DNA of 64,000 nucleotides, taken from a virus. The stretch is from the IMG/VR virus record IMGVR_UViG_3300042914_003763, positions 53,114 through 117,113 of that record, one strand, 5' to 3'. The notes beneath the pieces were generated by a model. The model was not told the origin of the DNA, did not search any database, and saw only the letters and a list, made by a program, of their open reading frames with translations. Shown here piece by piece: positions 9,815 through 20,490 of this stretch (its first letter is position 1; each line of letters starts with the position of its first letter). Made by a program: the position numbers and the translations under genes.

Positions 9815-10303
9815 TTATACATCGTTATTGTGTTCATCTTTCGTCTCATTACTTAACTTAATAAGAGAAGATAACACTGAATTAAATATTTCACGTTTCT
9901 CTTCTATTTGACCACCAGCGATAACTTCGTGTAAATCAAAGTCCTTCGATTCAATACCGAACTCTTTTACATAACTATTCACGTAATTAGCCCGATTTAA
10001 GTTGGAATATAACCATTTCAACAAATCAAAGGTATAAATATTTGATTCAATTTCAATATCTAAATCCTTTAATTCATTGATACTACTATCAGCAATCAAA
10101 CTAAGTACATCAACAATATAATTATACACATAGTCATCAGGCATCATGTCACCATGAGCTACACGACATAATTCTTGTAATTTAGGATCGGCATCATCTT
10201 TTCGCTTGTAGGTAGAAAAATTTTCAGTTCGTTCTAACGGTTCAAACTGATCAACATAACGTGCTGCTAATTCTCGTACTGCATCCACATTGTAATCTGA
10301 CAT
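9815..10303 (-). CDS. Acidic helical protein, possible Ocr-like DNA mimic
   Basis: Start MSDY after an AGAGG RBS; D/E-rich; IYTFDLLKWL segment. Confidence 0.4.
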   Translation of the reverse strand: MSDYNVDAVRELAARYVDQFEPLERTENFSTYKRKDDADPKLQELCRVAHGDMMPDDYVYNYIVDVLSLIADSSINELKDLDIEIESNIYTFDLLKWLYSNLNRANYVNSYVKEFGIESKDFDLHEVIAGGQIEEKREIFNSVLSSLIKLSNETKDEHNNDV

Positions 10304-10372
10304 AATTCCTCTTTTTCTATCTCTAATAGCCACCAACAACAGTAATTGGAAACTTAATGAACGGATGACTAA

Positions 10373-11002
10373 TTACCAATTTAAAGCACTACTTACAATT
10401 GGTAATTCTGTAATGAACAATTGTTTAACTTCATTAGCTAAATCGTAATGTTCTTTCTGTGTGCCAGATTCAGGGTTAGCACGAACATTTAAATAATGAA
10501 TCCAACTCCTGATTGTACCATTCATATACATCTTAGTTGTACTACTCATTGGTAATATACGTCTCGCTGATTCTTTAGCAATACCTTTATCTAATGCTTC
10601 ATTATAGGTAGAAAAAAGTAATTGGTTTATGTAATTAACATTATCATCAAACCACTGTTTTGTTTCTACCTCTAAATCATCAATACTATTCTGACGGTTT
10701 TTCACATCTTGACGACGTGGAATAGTTGGTTCAACTGTGAGAACTTTGGCGTATCGTTGTGAAAACTCTTGAAACGAAAAAGATTTATGTCTAATTATTT
10801 GTGCTGATATATCTCTCGATGTAGTTAATTCAACACACATATTACCCATTTCAAATATAGACCAGTGTTGATGCTCAATACAATATCTAAGCAACTTAAC
10901 AACATCAGGATTATCTTGATTAGCAGAATTACTAACTCTAGCACAGTAACCTATAATTTGTTCTACGTTTGGTGTCATCCAAACAATTTTTACTTTATTC
11001 AT
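10373..11002 (-). CDS. thyX: FAD-dependent thymidylate synthase
   Basis: [35 protein letters not shown]. Confidence 0.95.
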   Translation of the reverse strand: MNKVKIVWMTPNVEQIIGYCARVSNSANQDNPDVVKLLRYCIEHQHWSIFEMGNMCVELTTSRDISAQIIRHKSFSFQEFSQRYAKVLTVEPTIPRRQDVKNRQNSIDDLEVETKQWFDDNVNYINQLLFSTYNEALDKGIAKESARRILPMSSTTKMYMNGTIRSWIHYLNVRANPESGTQKEHYDLANEVKQLFITELPIVSSALNW

Positions 11003-11231
11003 AACATTCCTTATTATTAACTTTAATTAAGATACATAATAATATTCAGAAAATTTAGGATTTTTAGATGAACCAATATAATACTTATTGTTTACAGTGT
11101 TAAGAATCTTATAAATTCCACAATTATCAGTCATAATCGAATTACCGTATATCTATTTGTCTATAAACACCATAATATATATACCAATTGCAAGTATTGT
11201 TGTTCGCTCATAATTACCTCTAATTGAATAC

Positions 11232-11258
11232 AAAAAGGTGGCATTTTATTACCACCTT
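11232..11258 (-). terminator. Intrinsic terminator after dut
   Basis: AAGGTGG/CCACCTT stem with U-tract on the - strand. Confidence 0.6.
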
Positions 11259-11270
11259 ACTGTTAGTTAT

Positions 11271-11750
11271 TTAAATACCTGTACTACCAAATCCATTACT
11301 ACCACGTTTATGTTCTTGTATTTCTTCTACTTCAATTACAGTAGGAACAATAACAGGGAGTACTACAAACTGAGCAATCTTTTGTCCTGGTTTAATTGTA
11401 ATAGGTTCATTACTTAGGTTAACTGCTATTACGATAATGTTCCCAGTATATTCATTATCAACAGTGCCAGGGGAATTTAGTATACCTAATCCTTCTTTTG
11501 CCGAACGTCCTGACTTAGCACGAACTTGTCCTTCATATACTAATAACTCAGTTGTACCGTCATTACAGTTGATTAATTTTGGTTCTGGTAATTGAATAAC
11601 AATACCCGTATCAATCATACGACGTTCTAACGGTTGAAGTGTAATAACTTCCATGTCAGTTGGACTAGTTAAATCAATTCCACTATCTAATGAATAGGCT
11701 CTAGTAGGAATAATAGCGTTAGGATTAACTTTTTTGATTTGTAATTGCAT
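11271..11750 (-). CDS. dut: Trimeric dUTPase
   Basis: SGIDL, RAKSGRS, NSPGTVDNEYTG, KIAQ, RGSNGFGSTG. Confidence 0.95.
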   Translation of the reverse strand: MQLQIKKVNPNAIIPTRAYSLDSGIDLTSPTDMEVITLQPLERRMIDTGIVIQLPEPKLINCNDGTTELLVYEGQVRAKSGRSAKEGLGILNSPGTVDNEYTGNIIVIAVNLSNEPITIKPGQKIAQFVVLPVIVPTVIEVEEIQEHKRGSNGFGSTGI

Positions 11751-11779
11751 TCTTATATTTCCTTATAACAGTTATTAGT

Positions 11780-12520
11780 TTAATTCAAGTCCAACATTTG
11801 AGCTAATGTTTCTTCAAGATAAGCAACATCTTCACCATAGTACAATACGTTATTCTTGTACATTGGTAATGATTCAAGATGTTTACCTACTCTTAATGCA
11901 CTAGCAGCACGTTTACTAAATGTATGTCGTTTAGTCCAACTACCTAATCCCTTACTAACTAAATATTGTTGTGCAGTTACAGCTTGTTCTGTTGAATCGT
12001 TATCAGAGTTAAGTATATTGAAACAACCAGGATTACTAATACCTTTACGAGTAAATTGTTTTAATTGATTACTGTCTTCAAGTAAGCGACGATTAATGTT
12101 AGTTTGTTCTTCAATGAACGTGAGTATCTTACTCATATCGTTAACAGGAGAGATAGAAAAATGTCCTGTTTTACGTAAGGTAGGTAAGACTTCTGATGTT
12201 ACCCATTTCTTAAACTTCTTAGCTTCAGGTTTAGTGCTGTTGAAGATAGCTGCATACAAACCTGATTCATTTATAATGGAAAGTCTGAAACTATTGTCTG
12301 GTAAGGATTGTGCTATTTCGGGAAATAGCTGAGGATTAATTTCTCGCTTATCTTCATCGTCTATAAGTTGCAACATTTTACCTGTACCACTATATTCTAG
12401 TAATTCGGATAAATCTTTAGCTACGAACCAATGGTCATTATCTAATTCAACAATTCTAATAGATCCGTAGTTTTCGTACTTAAATAACTGTAACATCGTA
12501 ATCTCTTTATTGTTTATCAA
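11780..12520 (-). CDS. Bro-N domain (antirepressor-like) DNA-binding protein
   Basis: WFVAKDL, INESGLY, KPEAKKFKKWVTSEVLPTLRKTG. Confidence 0.88.
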   Translation of the reverse strand: MINNKEITMLQLFKYENYGSIRIVELDNDHWFVAKDLSELLEYSGTGKMLQLIDDEDKREINPQLFPEIAQSLPDNSFRLSIINESGLYAAIFNSTKPEAKKFKKWVTSEVLPTLRKTGHFSISPVNDMSKILTFIEEQTNINRRLLEDSNQLKQFTRKGISNPGCFNILNSDNDSTEQAVTAQQYLVSKGLGSWTKRHTFSKRAASALRVGKHLESLPMYKNNVLYYGEDVAYLEETLAQMLDLN

Positions 12521-12642
12521 CTAACTCAGATAATGCTTCAATTTGACTGTCTTTAAGTAATGCTAACACTTCGTTACGCCCCCAACCAGTTTTAGATTGT
12601 AACTTTTGTTGGAATAATTCGTTAATGCGTTCGATTAATTGT

Positions 12643-12975
12643 TTATTGTACATTGTTATTTCTCCTATCACTAATTACAGCAGCTAACAAGATACTGTAG
12701 TTTACCAAATCAAGTAAAGTGTCATCAATCTTCTCATCTTCAACTAACAATACACCTTGTTGTAAGAAGCTATTAATGCGACTTAGCTTATCTGAAATTC
12801 GCGTCATGATACCAATCTCAGTAGAACAAATACCCATTTTTTCTACTAATTGTAAATTAGCAAATGGATTATTTTTTACTTGAGTACCGCAATAGTCATG
12901 ATTCTTCTTAGAACTAATAGCTAATGCACGATCTGTTAGTTGTTTATGGAACTCGATAAACTGTTCTCTATTCAT
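12643..12975 (-). CDS. DUF1599/nucleotide-modification-associated, MazG-fold protein
   Basis: KKNHDY..NPFAN..RISDKLSR..DDTLLDLVNY. Confidence 0.7.
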   Translation of the reverse strand: MNREQFIEFHKQLTDRALAISSKKNHDYCGTQVKNNPFANLQLVEKMGICSTEIGIMTRISDKLSRINSFLQQGVLLVEDEKIDDTLLDLVNYSILLAAVISDRRNNNVQ

Positions 12976-13229
12976 CTTTTTAAATCTCCTATTATATCGT
13001 TAAGTAACTCACTCATTACCTGATCATGTAAAGGATTACTTCTTTTGGTAGCATTTAACACTAAGTCAACAAAGATATTTTTTGTTAACTCATCAGTAAT
13101 TAATGAAGCAACATTAACTACAATATCATAATCAATTTCATCATAATTATCTTGTAGTTTACGTAATGCTTCTTGTACTTCAATAGTGTCAGGTAATTCT
13201 TGTTGTAGTTGTTTCCAGTTAATCATCAC
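12972..13229 (-). CDS. Hypothetical protein
   Basis: 85 aa ORF coupled to its neighbour. Confidence 0.45.
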   Translation of the reverse strand: MMINWKQLQQELPDTIEVQEALRKLQDNYDEIDYDIVVNVASLITDELTKNIFVDLVLNATKRSNPLHDQVMSELLNDIIGDLKR

Positions 13230-13415
13230 TTTTATTTCCTACTCTTAATTTAACATCTTTAACTACATTACCATTAAACACATAGTTAAAATAACTATTA
13301 ACTTATAATGCTTTAGTAGTTAATTCAATTAATTGACACATTAGTTTAACTCCTTATTACAATAACGTTTTACGAAATTAAGCGGCAATGATTAGTTAAA
13401 TCCGCCGCTATTAAA

Positions 13416-13826
13416 TTACTTATTCCAATTTAACTCATCATCTACATCTTTCATTATTTTTTCTACCTCCATTTCATTTTGTTCATACTCATCAAGTGCT
13501 TCATCTACTATTTCTTCAGCTAAATCGTTAAACATTGAAGGGTGAGTACCATCTTCCAATATTCCATACACATTGAGTGGATCTTTAACATTGTATGTAA
13601 TTTTTATGTGATTTGTAGTAATAATAGTACCATATCCCCAACCACCTCTATGATCTGTATCATATTGACTATCACCAATATGAATATGATAATCACCATC
13701 AACAAGTTGTAATCTTATATCAACTTCTGTTATCTCATTATCATTTTCGTAATGCAACATAACGTTTTCTATTTCTTGTTTTACTGCTACAATTAATTGT
13801 TCTCTGTTGTACATAACAATCTCCAA
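13416..13826 (-). CDS. Acidic hypothetical phage protein
   Basis: IDIRLQ-like segment and GDSQYDTDHRGGWG. Confidence 0.55.
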   Translation of the reverse strand: MEIVMYNREQLIVAVKQEIENVMLHYENDNEITEVDIRLQLVDGDYHIHIGDSQYDTDHRGGWGYGTIITTNHIKITYNVKDPLNVYGILEDGTHPSMFNDLAEEIVDEALDEYEQNEMEVEKIMKDVDDELNWNK

Positions 13827-14183
13827 TTAGTCTGAATATAAATAAAATAAGGAATAGTAACAAGAAACAAATACTAATAACACATAACAATTGAAATGCT
13901 ATTAGTATTAGTAGGAATAATGTGTGACTTAACGTAGTTAGTGTTTCAATCATATTACATTACAGTAATTGAGTTTCAGTAACTCTAATATAACCATCTG
14001 GTACTTCTGTTAATCTAGTAGCAATACAAGGTTTAGTATTATCACTAGTACACATCCATACTTTAAGTTGTTGTAACATCTCTTGTACATCATAGTAACA
14101 AGGTAAACAAGTATTATCATCTGCTGATAATTCAGGACAATATCTATCACATGGTTGGAACATAATTACCTCTTTGACTATAA

Positions 14184-14213
14184 TTGTCAATTCTAACTAC
14201 TTATGTTTATAAT
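14184..14213 (+). promoter_or_regulatory. Sigma70-type promoter for 14269..15126
   Basis: TTGTCA-18 nt-TATAAT upstream of the lone + strand gene. Confidence 0.55.
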
Positions 14214-14268
14214 GAAAAAGACGGTGTTGAGTTACCGTCTTGTTGTTTAAACATTAAGTTGATTCATT

Positions 14269-15126
14269 ATGGAAATTGTAACACCTTACAAGTCTGAAGA
14301 TGGAATTACCTTTTACATCTCTAACGATGGTAAACAAACGGGAATTAGTATAGTTGGATTAGAACGACTTTTGGGTTTAGATCCTAGAAGTTGCTTGTTT
14401 ACAAAAAGTCAGAATAAGTTGTTATGGAGGATGTCTATTGGAGATGACCCCCTGGAAACTGATCCTGAATGCTTGAAACCTTTATGGGGTAAAGTTTTTG
14501 AACCCACTGCCGTTGGATCAGATGGTGCTAGGATAGTACGTTCTCAAACTATGGTAGCTATTATTGAATATTATGCTTTTGATAGAAACAATCCAGTAGC
14601 TAAACATAGTTTTAGAGCGTTTGCTAATATAGGTGTTGATAATTGGATTAAACAGACTGTTAATTATACAGTTGATGAAAAACAAAATGAAATGTTGAAT
14701 ATGTTACGTCAACTTCATCAAGATATGCAAATTGTTAAAACAAAGGTAGAAAAATTAGAACGTCTTGATGGTATTACAGTAACGTTGTATCCTGGTGCTA
14801 AACATATTAACGATGGTTTATCATCAACCAATCAACTAATGCTAATGGATGATCGTCTTTACTCTGCTAAAGATTGGTTAGCATCTAAAGGTGTTAAGCT
14901 AACTCACGGAGGTTATATTAGTTTTGGACATCTTGTAGCTCAGACTTATAAAACATTAACGGGTAAAAATCCTCAAGTTAAGTACAAAACAAGTCCACGT
15001 AAAAACAAACCTGGTAAAACTGTTAAAGCTAAAGAAGGTTGGGGTTATCGCAACATTGACTTTTACATAATGGAAGCAGCTTATGAGAAGTTCAAGAAAA
15101 AAATGTTGTGGAAAATAGAAGAATAA
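14269..15126 (+). CDS. Antirepressor/KilA-like modular DNA-binding protein
   Basis: N-terminus resembles 19676..20464 (DGITFYI..ISIVGLERL vs DGIEIYI..ASISGYARM); C-terminal domain shared with 11780 and 19676. Confidence 0.6.
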   Translation: MEIVTPYKSEDGITFYISNDGKQTGISIVGLERLLGLDPRSCLFTKSQNKLLWRMSIGDDPLETDPECLKPLWGKVFEPTAVGSDGARIVRSQTMVAIIEYYAFDRNNPVAKHSFRAFANIGVDNWIKQTVNYTVDEKQNEMLNMLRQLHQDMQIVKTKVEKLERLDGITVTLYPGAKHINDGLSSTNQLMLMDDRLYSAKDWLASKGVKLTHGGYISFGHLVAQTYKTLTGKNPQVKYKTSPRKNKPGKTVKAKEGWGYRNIDFYIMEAAYEKFKKKMLWKIEE

Positions 15127-15133
15127 GTTAAAC

Positions 15134-15163
15134 AAAAAGAGGGTAACTAAAACCCTCTTTTTC
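15134..15163. terminator. Bidirectional intrinsic terminator
   Basis: AAAAAGAGGG-N-CCCTCTTTTT between convergent genes. Confidence 0.8.
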
Positions 15164-15189
15164 TAATCTTATTTGATTAAGCGTTATTG

Positions 15190-15948
15190 TTAGTATAGTA
15201 AAGCGTTTGGACTTTCAAAAAAGCTATAATCATCAGCTACATTAGTTAACTCTTCCAATTCCGGCGCATAACCATCACTGATCAACAGTTTACTTTGAGT
15301 CATGAAAAAGTCCTTGTCTAATCCTGGTACTTTCAAATCACTCATCATCCAATCAAGTGTTTTTTCTACCAATTTGTCAATAGCCCCTACTTGTTTGAAG
15401 TCATGTCCAATGTTAGCTAATACACCACGATTGGTAGCTACATGGCGCATTTCATCCCTACTGACATTACCAGCAAGCATAGATAAACTTTCACCACCAA
15501 AGAGGCGTAATATGCTCAATGATACCAGAAACACACCCATTTCAGCATAAGCAGCTTTCATGATTGGATGGTAGTCATCAGTGTTCCATTCAGCAAATAT
15601 AGCTTGAGTATCTTTATAATCTTCAAGTAGATAGTCTTCAGCAGCGTATTGAAATGCACGGTAATGTAAAGTTTCATCTCCTATATTACTAAGTAATAAT
15701 TTATACGCATCTTCTGTAACAGGTAATTCTTTTTTAGTAGCATCTGCTATCCATTCACCAACATTAAGTTCAAGTGTTAATGCTAATGCAATTACCTTAC
15801 TTACTGTTTCAGGAACACCTTGACTCATTTGAACTAATGGTGTTTTTGGCATCTTAGAAGCAGTCCATTCAAACCCTGTACATTTACCATTTCTAGAATT
15901 ATAGTTGTTACGAGATTCAAGTAAAGAACGATAAGTTAATTTAGTCAT
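15190..15948 (-). CDS. nrdB: Ribonucleotide reductase beta subunit, small ferritin-like (cyanophage type)
   Basis: LELNVGEWI, DETLH, RDEMRH metal-ligand motifs; adjacent to the alpha subunit. Confidence 0.8.
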   Translation of the reverse strand: MTKLTYRSLLESRNNYNSRNGKCTGFEWTASKMPKTPLVQMSQGVPETVSKVIALALTLELNVGEWIADATKKELPVTEDAYKLLLSNIGDETLHYRAFQYAAEDYLLEDYKDTQAIFAEWNTDDYHPIMKAAYAEMGVFLVSLSILRLFGGESLSMLAGNVSRDEMRHVATNRGVLANIGHDFKQVGAIDKLVEKTLDWMMSDLKVPGLDKDFFMTQSKLLISDGYAPELEELTNVADDYSFFESPNALLY

Positions 15949-15968
15949 GATAGTTAATATAGAGGTAG

Positions 15969-15995
15969 AAAAAAGGGTTATTAATACTAACCCTT
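15969..15995 (-). terminator. Intrinsic terminator whose U-tract runs into the RGRTAGAAAAA motif
   Basis: AAGGGTTA/TAACCCTT stem next to AGAGGTAGAAAAAA. Confidence 0.6.
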
Positions 15996-16018
15996 AATGT
16001 TCATTAAGTTAATCAACC

Positions 16019-17842
16019 TTATTCGGCACAAGCAGCACATTCACCTGGATTGTTGATTGCACAAAACGCTTTCTCATTTTCACTCACTGCTGTGTTGGCT
16101 ACTGCTTTATTGAGATAAGACTGATCAACTTTATCTGCTAACTGATAATAAGTTGTTACTAATGGTGAACGTAACATGAAATCACGTAACCATTCTTCAT
16201 CAATTTCACGATACAAGTCAAATGACATACAATGCGCCATTCCAGTTGTATTCATTAATCTTTGGAACAATTCCCATAGTCGTTGTACTGCATCAACACC
16301 GTTAGATTGAATAAACTCTTTTATTGTTTCTACCTTATTACCGTAATAGTAGAAACCAGCTAACTTATCAACAGTATGACTAGTGCGTCGTACACGTCTA
16401 TCTAATGGTGGGTTAATCTGTTTACATACTGTATTACCATCAAGGTCTTGATAACGGAATGCACATGATTGTGTAGGCGCAATCGTAAACATTCTTTCAA
16501 GTCCCACTTCACGTCCTATTTCAGCAGCAGCTTGATAACCTTCGTGAATAGCATTAAATAGTTGCCACTCAATTTTGTTTTGTAGATAAAAGTCATCATT
16601 AAGATATGCTTCACCTGCTCGAATAAAGTCAAGGTACTTGATATCAAAGTGCGCTAACATATTAGCTAAACCAATCCAACCAATACCAATTTGTCTGTCT
16701 TCTTCTGCTGATAAGTATTGAGAAGCACGACCACCAACTTCATTCTTCCAACGTTTCCATAAATCACAACCTAAATATGCAATCTCTTTGAACGCAGGAA
16801 CGATATCTTCAATTTTTTCTATCTGACCACCGTTGATGTGTAATAGTAAGCACGTTGCTTTATCAGCTAAAATTATTTCTTTGCAAACTTGCGAGTATAA
16901 ACGTTCGATACTATAGTTAATACCAAAATAATTAACTTCAATATCTTTAAGTGGTACTCCTATTTCGTAATTAACACCGCCACGTTCTTCATACCCACAA
17001 TCAACTTTATATATTGTTTTCTCTAACATTAGTGATTTATCATTAACACGTACTTCTACAAGTTTCATTAATCTCTTGTCTTGTAGAATATCTGAATCAA
17101 CAATAATACCTTTCTTACCACTACCAGGAATGTCAGCTAATGGAACATTGAGGTATTTAATAATATCAGGATGTGTATAGATGAGTGAAAAAGTCACTAT
17201 CCCATTTTTGAAGTTCCCACCGCGACGTAACACTTCATTCATCTGACCGCATAACTTCATAAAGCTAATCAAATCACCTTTGTTAATGTGATTCAAAATA
17301 GCTTCGTAAATAGTTAAAAACGATACAGCACCAGATGATGTTAAACCTTTACCATTATCAATACCTTTGGGACGTAATCGAGATAAGTCAATTACTGGAA
17401 TATTACTTGATTCAATAACTTCAATAAATGACTTCCATGATTGTTCGATAGAAACAAAAGCATCTACACTTTCTTCCATTGAATCATTAACTGAAATAAC
17501 TATGTAATCACCTTCATTACGATTAGAATCGTTTAATATAAATAAACGTAACTTTTGTTCATCAGTTAAATCAACATAATCAGGATGATCTTCAGGAAGG
17601 TAGAAAAAATATTGTTTATCTACTTGAGGTTGACGCGCTTTAAAGTCATCTAAGTTAACACATATACCAGCACCACCTCTTAGCGCAATAGATAAATATT
17701 TAATTGCGTCAAATATATCATTACGATATTTCTTTATAGAACACGATACAGGCATTAGACTATTACTATTGCCGTTATTTAATTGTTCAGTATATGATTG
17801 AACTCTGCCAGTTAGAGCAATAAACTTGCTTACATCTTGCAT
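16019..17842 (-). CDS. nrdA: Ribonucleotide reductase alpha subunit (Cyano SP-type class I)
   Basis: TGRVQS, PVSC, LRRGGNFKNG, QVCKE, TCLL, FTIAPTQSC, C-terminal CAACAE. Confidence 0.88.
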   Translation of the reverse strand: MQDVSKFIALTGRVQSYTEQLNNGNSNSLMPVSCSIKKYRNDIFDAIKYLSIALRGGAGICVNLDDFKARQPQVDKQYFFYLPEDHPDYVDLTDEQKLRLFILNDSNRNEGDYIVISVNDSMEESVDAFVSIEQSWKSFIEVIESSNIPVIDLSRLRPKGIDNGKGLTSSGAVSFLTIYEAILNHINKGDLISFMKLCGQMNEVLRRGGNFKNGIVTFSLIYTHPDIIKYLNVPLADIPGSGKKGIIVDSDILQDKRLMKLVEVRVNDKSLMLEKTIYKVDCGYEERGGVNYEIGVPLKDIEVNYFGINYSIERLYSQVCKEIILADKATCLLLHINGGQIEKIEDIVPAFKEIAYLGCDLWKRWKNEVGGRASQYLSAEEDRQIGIGWIGLANMLAHFDIKYLDFIRAGEAYLNDDFYLQNKIEWQLFNAIHEGYQAAAEIGREVGLERMFTIAPTQSCAFRYQDLDGNTVCKQINPPLDRRVRRTSHTVDKLAGFYYYGNKVETIKEFIQSNGVDAVQRLWELFQRLMNTTGMAHCMSFDLYREIDEEWLRDFMLRSPLVTTYYQLADKVDQSYLNKAVANTAVSENEKAFCAINNPGECAACAE

Positions 17843-17945
17843 CTTATTTCTACCTTATGTTGGTTATGTGATTACAGCTTTAATTAGTCTAACAAGTAGT
17901 AGTTGAGGATGACCGTTGTTACTACTACTTGTTTTGTAGAGTTAG

Positions 17946-18443
17946 TTAGTAACCGCAATCATAATCATTAACTATTACACGATCACGTAATATTATTACT
18001 TCAGCATTATCACCAAACTGTTTTTGACATTCCTCTTTTACAGTTTGTAATGCTGAATAAATAACAGATAATAATTTTACTTTATCTTCATCTATTGTGT
18101 TAGTATAAATACGTTTCTTAGTTTCATTATCCCACTCACAATTAAATTCCCACTTAGTCACCACACTATATTCTTCTTTGCCTATTTCAATTACGGTATC
18201 AAAACTACTGTAATTACTTTCATTATCCTTTTTAACAATATAACCAGGATCATCCATCGTAAATGTACAAGGATCTCCATCATTAAACGAAGGAATATAT
18301 TGTATCCATCTAATACCAATAAATTCGGGATACTTATCTAACGTAGAACAAATCTGTTGTTTAATTAAAACAAATAATTCCTCATTTAACTTTTTACGTT
18401 GTGTATCAATTTCATTAATCTTCTTGTACACATCTTCAAACAT
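17946..18443 (-). CDS. Conserved hypothetical phage protein
   Basis: WIQYIPSFNDGDPC motif. Confidence 0.6.
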   Translation of the reverse strand: MFEDVYKKINEIDTQRKKLNEELFVLIKQQICSTLDKYPEFIGIRWIQYIPSFNDGDPCTFTMDDPGYIVKKDNESNYSSFDTVIEIGKEEYSVVTKWEFNCEWDNETKKRIYTNTIDEDKVKLLSVIYSALQTVKEECQKQFGDNAEVIILRDRVIVNDYDCGY

Positions 18444-18445
18444 AA

Positions 18446-18796
18446 CTATTCTCCTAATTTATAAACAGTTGTAATTTTAGTAGGTTTACCCATCCAAGAT
18501 TCTAAAGGTATTAACGATAACCAATCTGCTAATGATGGTATCTTACCTAAATCTTCAAGGATATGTAATTCAGCAATTTCTCTTACACTAACTAATTTAC
18601 CATCTTTGGTAGTTATATTATGCCCAAATATTTGTTCCATAACATAACAACCGTGTGCATGATGATATAAGGCGCGATGTTGCATACTAGCATAAGATTG
18701 TTTGCTACTATCTAACATATCGTGAATAGGTAAATAATCTTCGGGAATGCCGCCCCATTTTTTAACCGAAGTTAATGCGTGTTCGTATGGCTTCAT
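18446..18796 (-). CDS. DUF6915-like protein
   Basis: KPYEHALTSVKKWGG.PEDYLPIH..LDSSK, HRALYHH, VREIAELHILEDLG. Confidence 0.7.
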   Translation of the reverse strand: MKPYEHALTSVKKWGGIPEDYLPIHDMLDSSKQSYASMQHRALYHHAHGCYVMEQIFGHNITTKDGKLVSVREIAELHILEDLGKIPSLADWLSLIPLESWMGKPTKITTVYKLGE

Positions 18797-19135
18797 CTTT
18801 TTTCTATCTTATCTAATCAATGTACCGTACTAGTATTTCCTGATCTAACTTAACTAACCATCTTATTAACGTAATATAACAAGGTGGTTGTAGTTCTGCT
18901 AGTAAGTAAACTAAGTCAGCAATTAAGTTGCGTATTATAGTTATGATATTGTTTTTCATTCTTTTACCTCTACTTCAACAACTTCAACATCTTGATCGCC
19001 ATCAACAATTAATATACCAGCTATTTCATGTGCTAGTGATTCATCATCTGTAGTACCACTAACAGGATTACCGTTATTATCTATAACTTGATATTGGGAC
19101 ATAGTTAATATAATAGGTAGAAAAATAGTAGTTAA

Positions 19136-19584
19136 TTAAATACCAGACTTAACAAGTTGTTCATTTTCTTCCCTTACCATTTTATTTCTATCTAGTAACA
19201 ATTGTTTTTCTTTTTCACTAGCTAATAATCTTTCTAATGATTCAATATAGTTCTTAGGTAATGTACTTTGTCTAGCTTGTTTAAACGCTTTAACTAAATT
19301 AACTTTTGCTTGTCTAACTTCAGGTGTGTTTTTGAGTAAGTTAATGAAAGATAAGATTGATCTTCATTCAGGTAATAATACGTTTCAGCTTGTCCGAAAC
19401 CTCCTTGTGGTAAGGATTTACCCTGCGCCGCTACCAGCGTCACCTCACCAAACACTTCAAAATCCGATTGATAAGTACATATTAAATCTTTCAGTGACTT
19501 ATGTTGAATACCAAGTTCCTCAGCAATTAATCTTAAATCAACCACTAAATTTGAATTAATCAACTGTACTGTTAAATTACTCAT
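19136..19584 (-). pseudogene. Rha-family regulator, frameshifted in an A5 run
   Basis: Rha N-terminus (VVDLRLIAEELGIQHK, YYLNEDQ); adding one A at 19329-19333 restores KNTPEVRQAKVNLVKAF...LVKSGI*. Confidence 0.75.
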
Positions 19585-19675
19585 TCTAAATTCCTCTTAA
19601 TTTAGGTAGAAAAAATAGTAAACATCAATTAAGTATTTATACTAAACTAGAGTCAGTAACTCCTGACTCACATAA

Positions 19676-20464
19676 CTAAATACCACTTTGTACTAATCTA
19701 ATTGTTGCAATAATATAAGCAACTTTACGTCCAACAAAGATAGTTCGATTACGATTATTTTTCAATGGATTTTTACCTTCTAACAGTCGAAAATATTGGG
19801 CTGATCGTTTAGATATAGTAGCCCAATATTCAGGTTCTAATCTTTCTTCAACCCTTGTATTATTCCATTCAATTAGAAAGTCATTAATGCTAATTCCATT
19901 TGAATATAGTAAATCACTAACTTCATTTTTGCTTATCTCAAGTAATTCTAAAAACTTATCATATTCAGATACTTCATCTTTAAAATCGTTTAAGTCTTGA
20001 TTTTCATCTTTCAATTCTTCATTTTCTTCAATTAATTTAATAGCTTCTAATTGTAATCGTTGTTTTTCTTCTTCAACTGCAATCAGCTTCTTCAATGCGT
20101 CAATATATGAATCAGGAGTTTGAGTTAGCGTTGCTGTACTTTTAACTTCATACCCAGATAATTGATGTAGAAATACTCTGATACCTAATATTGCAATTTT
20201 ATCCGCTAATTCAGGATTATCATTTCTCAACCATTTAACGATAAGATGTTCTGGAATTAGTGCAATTGCTTGTAATCCGCCTCTGGTAAGGACTTCCGCC
20301 GTTTTTATTTCATTTAATTCACACCCTTTACATCTTTTTGATATGGTTGATCTATCTTTACCACTCATCCGAGCATAACCGCTTATACTAGCAAAACTCT
20401 CGCCTGTTGTATTGTTGATATAAATCTCAATACCGTCTTGATTAAATGCTGTTAAATTACTCAT
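19676..20464 (-). CDS. Antirepressor-like DNA-binding protein with coiled coil
   Basis: ASISGYARMSG, AEVLTRGGLQ, PDSYIDALK. Confidence 0.65.
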   Translation of the reverse strand: MSNLTAFNQDGIEIYINNTTGESFASISGYARMSGKDRSTISKRCKGCELNEIKTAEVLTRGGLQAIALIPEHLIVKWLRNDNPELADKIAILGIRVFLHQLSGYEVKSTATLTQTPDSYIDALKKLIAVEEEKQRLQLEAIKLIEENEELKDENQDLNDFKDEVSEYDKFLELLEISKNEVSDLLYSNGISINDFLIEWNNTRVEERLEPEYWATISKRSAQYFRLLEGKNPLKNNRNRTIFVGRKVAYIIATIRLVQSGI

Positions 20465-20490
20465 TCCAATTTCCTCTTAAATTAGGTAGA

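Noticed and set aside
16019-17842. Class II (B12-dependent) RNR
   Set aside because: An adjacent ferritin-like beta gene and clade motifs favour class I
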